Shown here: positions 35,001-36,913 of the stretch, piece by piece
Numbering within the stretch: the first letter of the stretch is position 1
Layout of the letters: every line of letters starts with the position of its first letter
Source: Catajapyx aquilonaris
Lineage: Eukaryota
Direction: 5' to 3'
Assembly (NCBI GenBank): GCA_000934665.2
Contig: KZ539000.1
Coordinates: 1-36,913 of the forward strand
DNA: 36,913 nt
Made by a program: the position numbers and the translations under genes
The notes under the pieces: generated by a model
Seen by the model: the letters and a program-made list of their open reading frames with translations, nothing else
Told to the model about the DNA's origin: nothing
Database searches by the model: none

Positions 35001-36913
35001 GATTAGGGTAATAACCCAGTGCAATGGACCTGAAGCAATCGCAAGGTGTTGTTCACTCCAGAAATCACTTTTAACTGAAGCAACTTACCCCTTTTTAAAA
35101 ATTGCGACGAAATGTGATCATAATCCTCGCAAGTACTGGGGCGTTTCAGAATACCTTTTAAACCGCATTAATATGCTATATGAAAAAAATTAAGTGCCAC
35201 TTAAGGCTCTTTTTTATGTCCACCAGACGAGACTGGTCGCCACATTTGCATGCAAATAGAAATGTTCGCGTCGCAGCAAGGTGGCCTTACGTGCGCTCCA
35301 ATTTTTTTAAAACCTCATACGGATAAGTACGACTTAAATCCGTGGGTTGGAAGCCTTCAAAAATCATCAGTCAGAATTAAAGATAACCGTAACTGCTCGT
35401 AATAGACCAGCATTGCCTGAAAACCAGAGGTGGTCGTAAGCCCGTCATAAGCAAGTAAGCGGATTACTAAGTACTTATGACATGTGCTCGGGCTCTCACA
35501 AACATGTGGTCATAAGGAGAGGTCCGCTTACGTCAGCTGGTCACGCTCAATTTCGCATCATTAACACCCACACATGTGCTAGAGTTTCAATATATCCCTA
35601 TAGGGGGTGACAGACATGTTGCTTGGTAGCGTCAGGTGGTGGAATGTCACCCGGATTTCCTGTGAAAACAGATCGAACTCAATTCCTTCCAGATAGTAAA
35701 ATAGGCTAAGGGGTTTACACTCCAGTAGAAGTCAACAAGATGGACATCCTATGTACCCCCCAGAGCGACGGTAACAGCACCCCTAGAAGAAAAGAAAAAA
35801 AATATCCTCCAGAAAAATTCCTCTCATGGAGTGCAACATTAGTCACCTCTTTTCAAAATTCAAAAGGGGATCTTCTCTTACTTTTGTTTTTTTTTTTTCC
35901 TAGAGAGAAAAAAAAGTTGGACGCATATTATGTTACACTATATACTTTCGCTGGAGGCAGCTTAGCAGAGGAGATATGTCAGAAAGGCACTATCGACTCT
36001 TCTCCTCGAATTTCGGGAGGGGAAAACGTAGAGTGCTTTAGTTACGTGCATCGTTCTGTATGGAGCTGTTCTTCACCGGTGTTAAATGTTGCAGCTACTG
36101 CACCTGACGTTTTATGACGGACTGGAAAAATTACTCTTCTCGCCTTGCAGTATCGATTCCCCCTCAAAAAATCATTTCTAATAAGAGCGGATGCATTGGT
36201 ACGCCCCCAGAATTTTTATATGTACAATATTTTTTTTAGCAGGCAATGTTGTGCTAGTGGGCAATGTAAACCGAACTGAAACAACACTGTATGTTAACAA
36301 GAAGTTTCGGACAAACATTTGCCGGCGTTTTACAACCATTACTATATAGACCAGTTTAAATTGAGCTTTCGGACAGAGCATTGTATATGAATAAGCTGTG
36401 ACTAACCGGTACATACTGTCACAGTTCCGCTCAGTGATCGTCAAAAAAAAAGGCGAGGACAAAACAGTTTTGTCGCCACATTTACAGTAAGACACCGCAT
36501 TTATAAGCTCGGTAGTTAACAACCTACAGTCCCTACAAAGCACGTTGAATCCTAGATCGATCCCGGGTAGAAATGAGGATTTTGCAAGTACAGACAAGTG
36601 AGGGATTTCTCCAGATTCTCCTGCATCCAACAAGGCTTGTGTGTCAAAGTGGAGGAATTACAAAAGACAAAACAACCTTCAGCTACAAGCAGAATTCACC
36701 TATATACAATCAGAGGATCAATTTGTGCTTCTATATATGTGCTGTATTCAAATCTAAACAATGCACCCTTGTGAACATGAGCAGAACCATTCTTCTATTA
36801 GCCAGCAAAATTTATCTGACATGCCCGTTATCCTGGTCATCCCAATATGTCGCCATTTCACAGATTAAACTCGACTGCCGTCTACCAATTACACGCATCC
36901 TGCCAACGGGTCC

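Noticed and set aside
35380..35545. Degenerate pogo/Tigger-like MITE remnant
   Set aside because: Suggestive motifs only; termini and TSD could not be defined.
36178..36633. 151-aa ORF on the - strand as a MICU1 exon or nested gene
   Set aside because: No similarity to MICU1 or any domain I recognise; non-ATG start.

Overview
Eukaryotic, arthropod-like genomic DNA (intron-rich draft assembly; N gaps at 4105-4116 and 13692-13729). I reconstructed three spliced protein-coding genes by hand, all with frame-consistent junctions. (1) The 3' five coding exons of isovaleryl-CoA dehydrogenase (IVD, + strand, 79-1757; N-terminus lies outside the window). (2) A complete LIM-less PDZ + ZM-motif muscle Z-disc gene of the Zasp66 type (- strand, 18769 to 2893; 8 core exons, 366 aa), with a candidate in-frame 60-nt cassette exon and a TATA/Inr/MEF2-like promoter. 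(3) The 3' six coding exons of MICU1 (- strand, 28518 to 24865), including a GC-AG intron; I found no upstream exon in the last 8.4 kb. Introns and intergenic DNA hold many non-autonomous mobile elements: a Tc1/mariner-type MITE, a TA-flanked CACTGTAAA-ended family with palindromic interiors, a TTAA-flanked Kolobok-like element, head-to-tail Helitron-like elements, a tRNA-derived SINE with a 15-bp TSD nested in an older repeat, and a truncated (ATT)n-tailed retroelement. I see no convincing wholly new biological system. The best leads are the Zasp66-like gene and its isoforms, the GC-AG intron and the structured transposon families. Family assignments rest on my recollection of known proteins and element anatomy, not on database searches.
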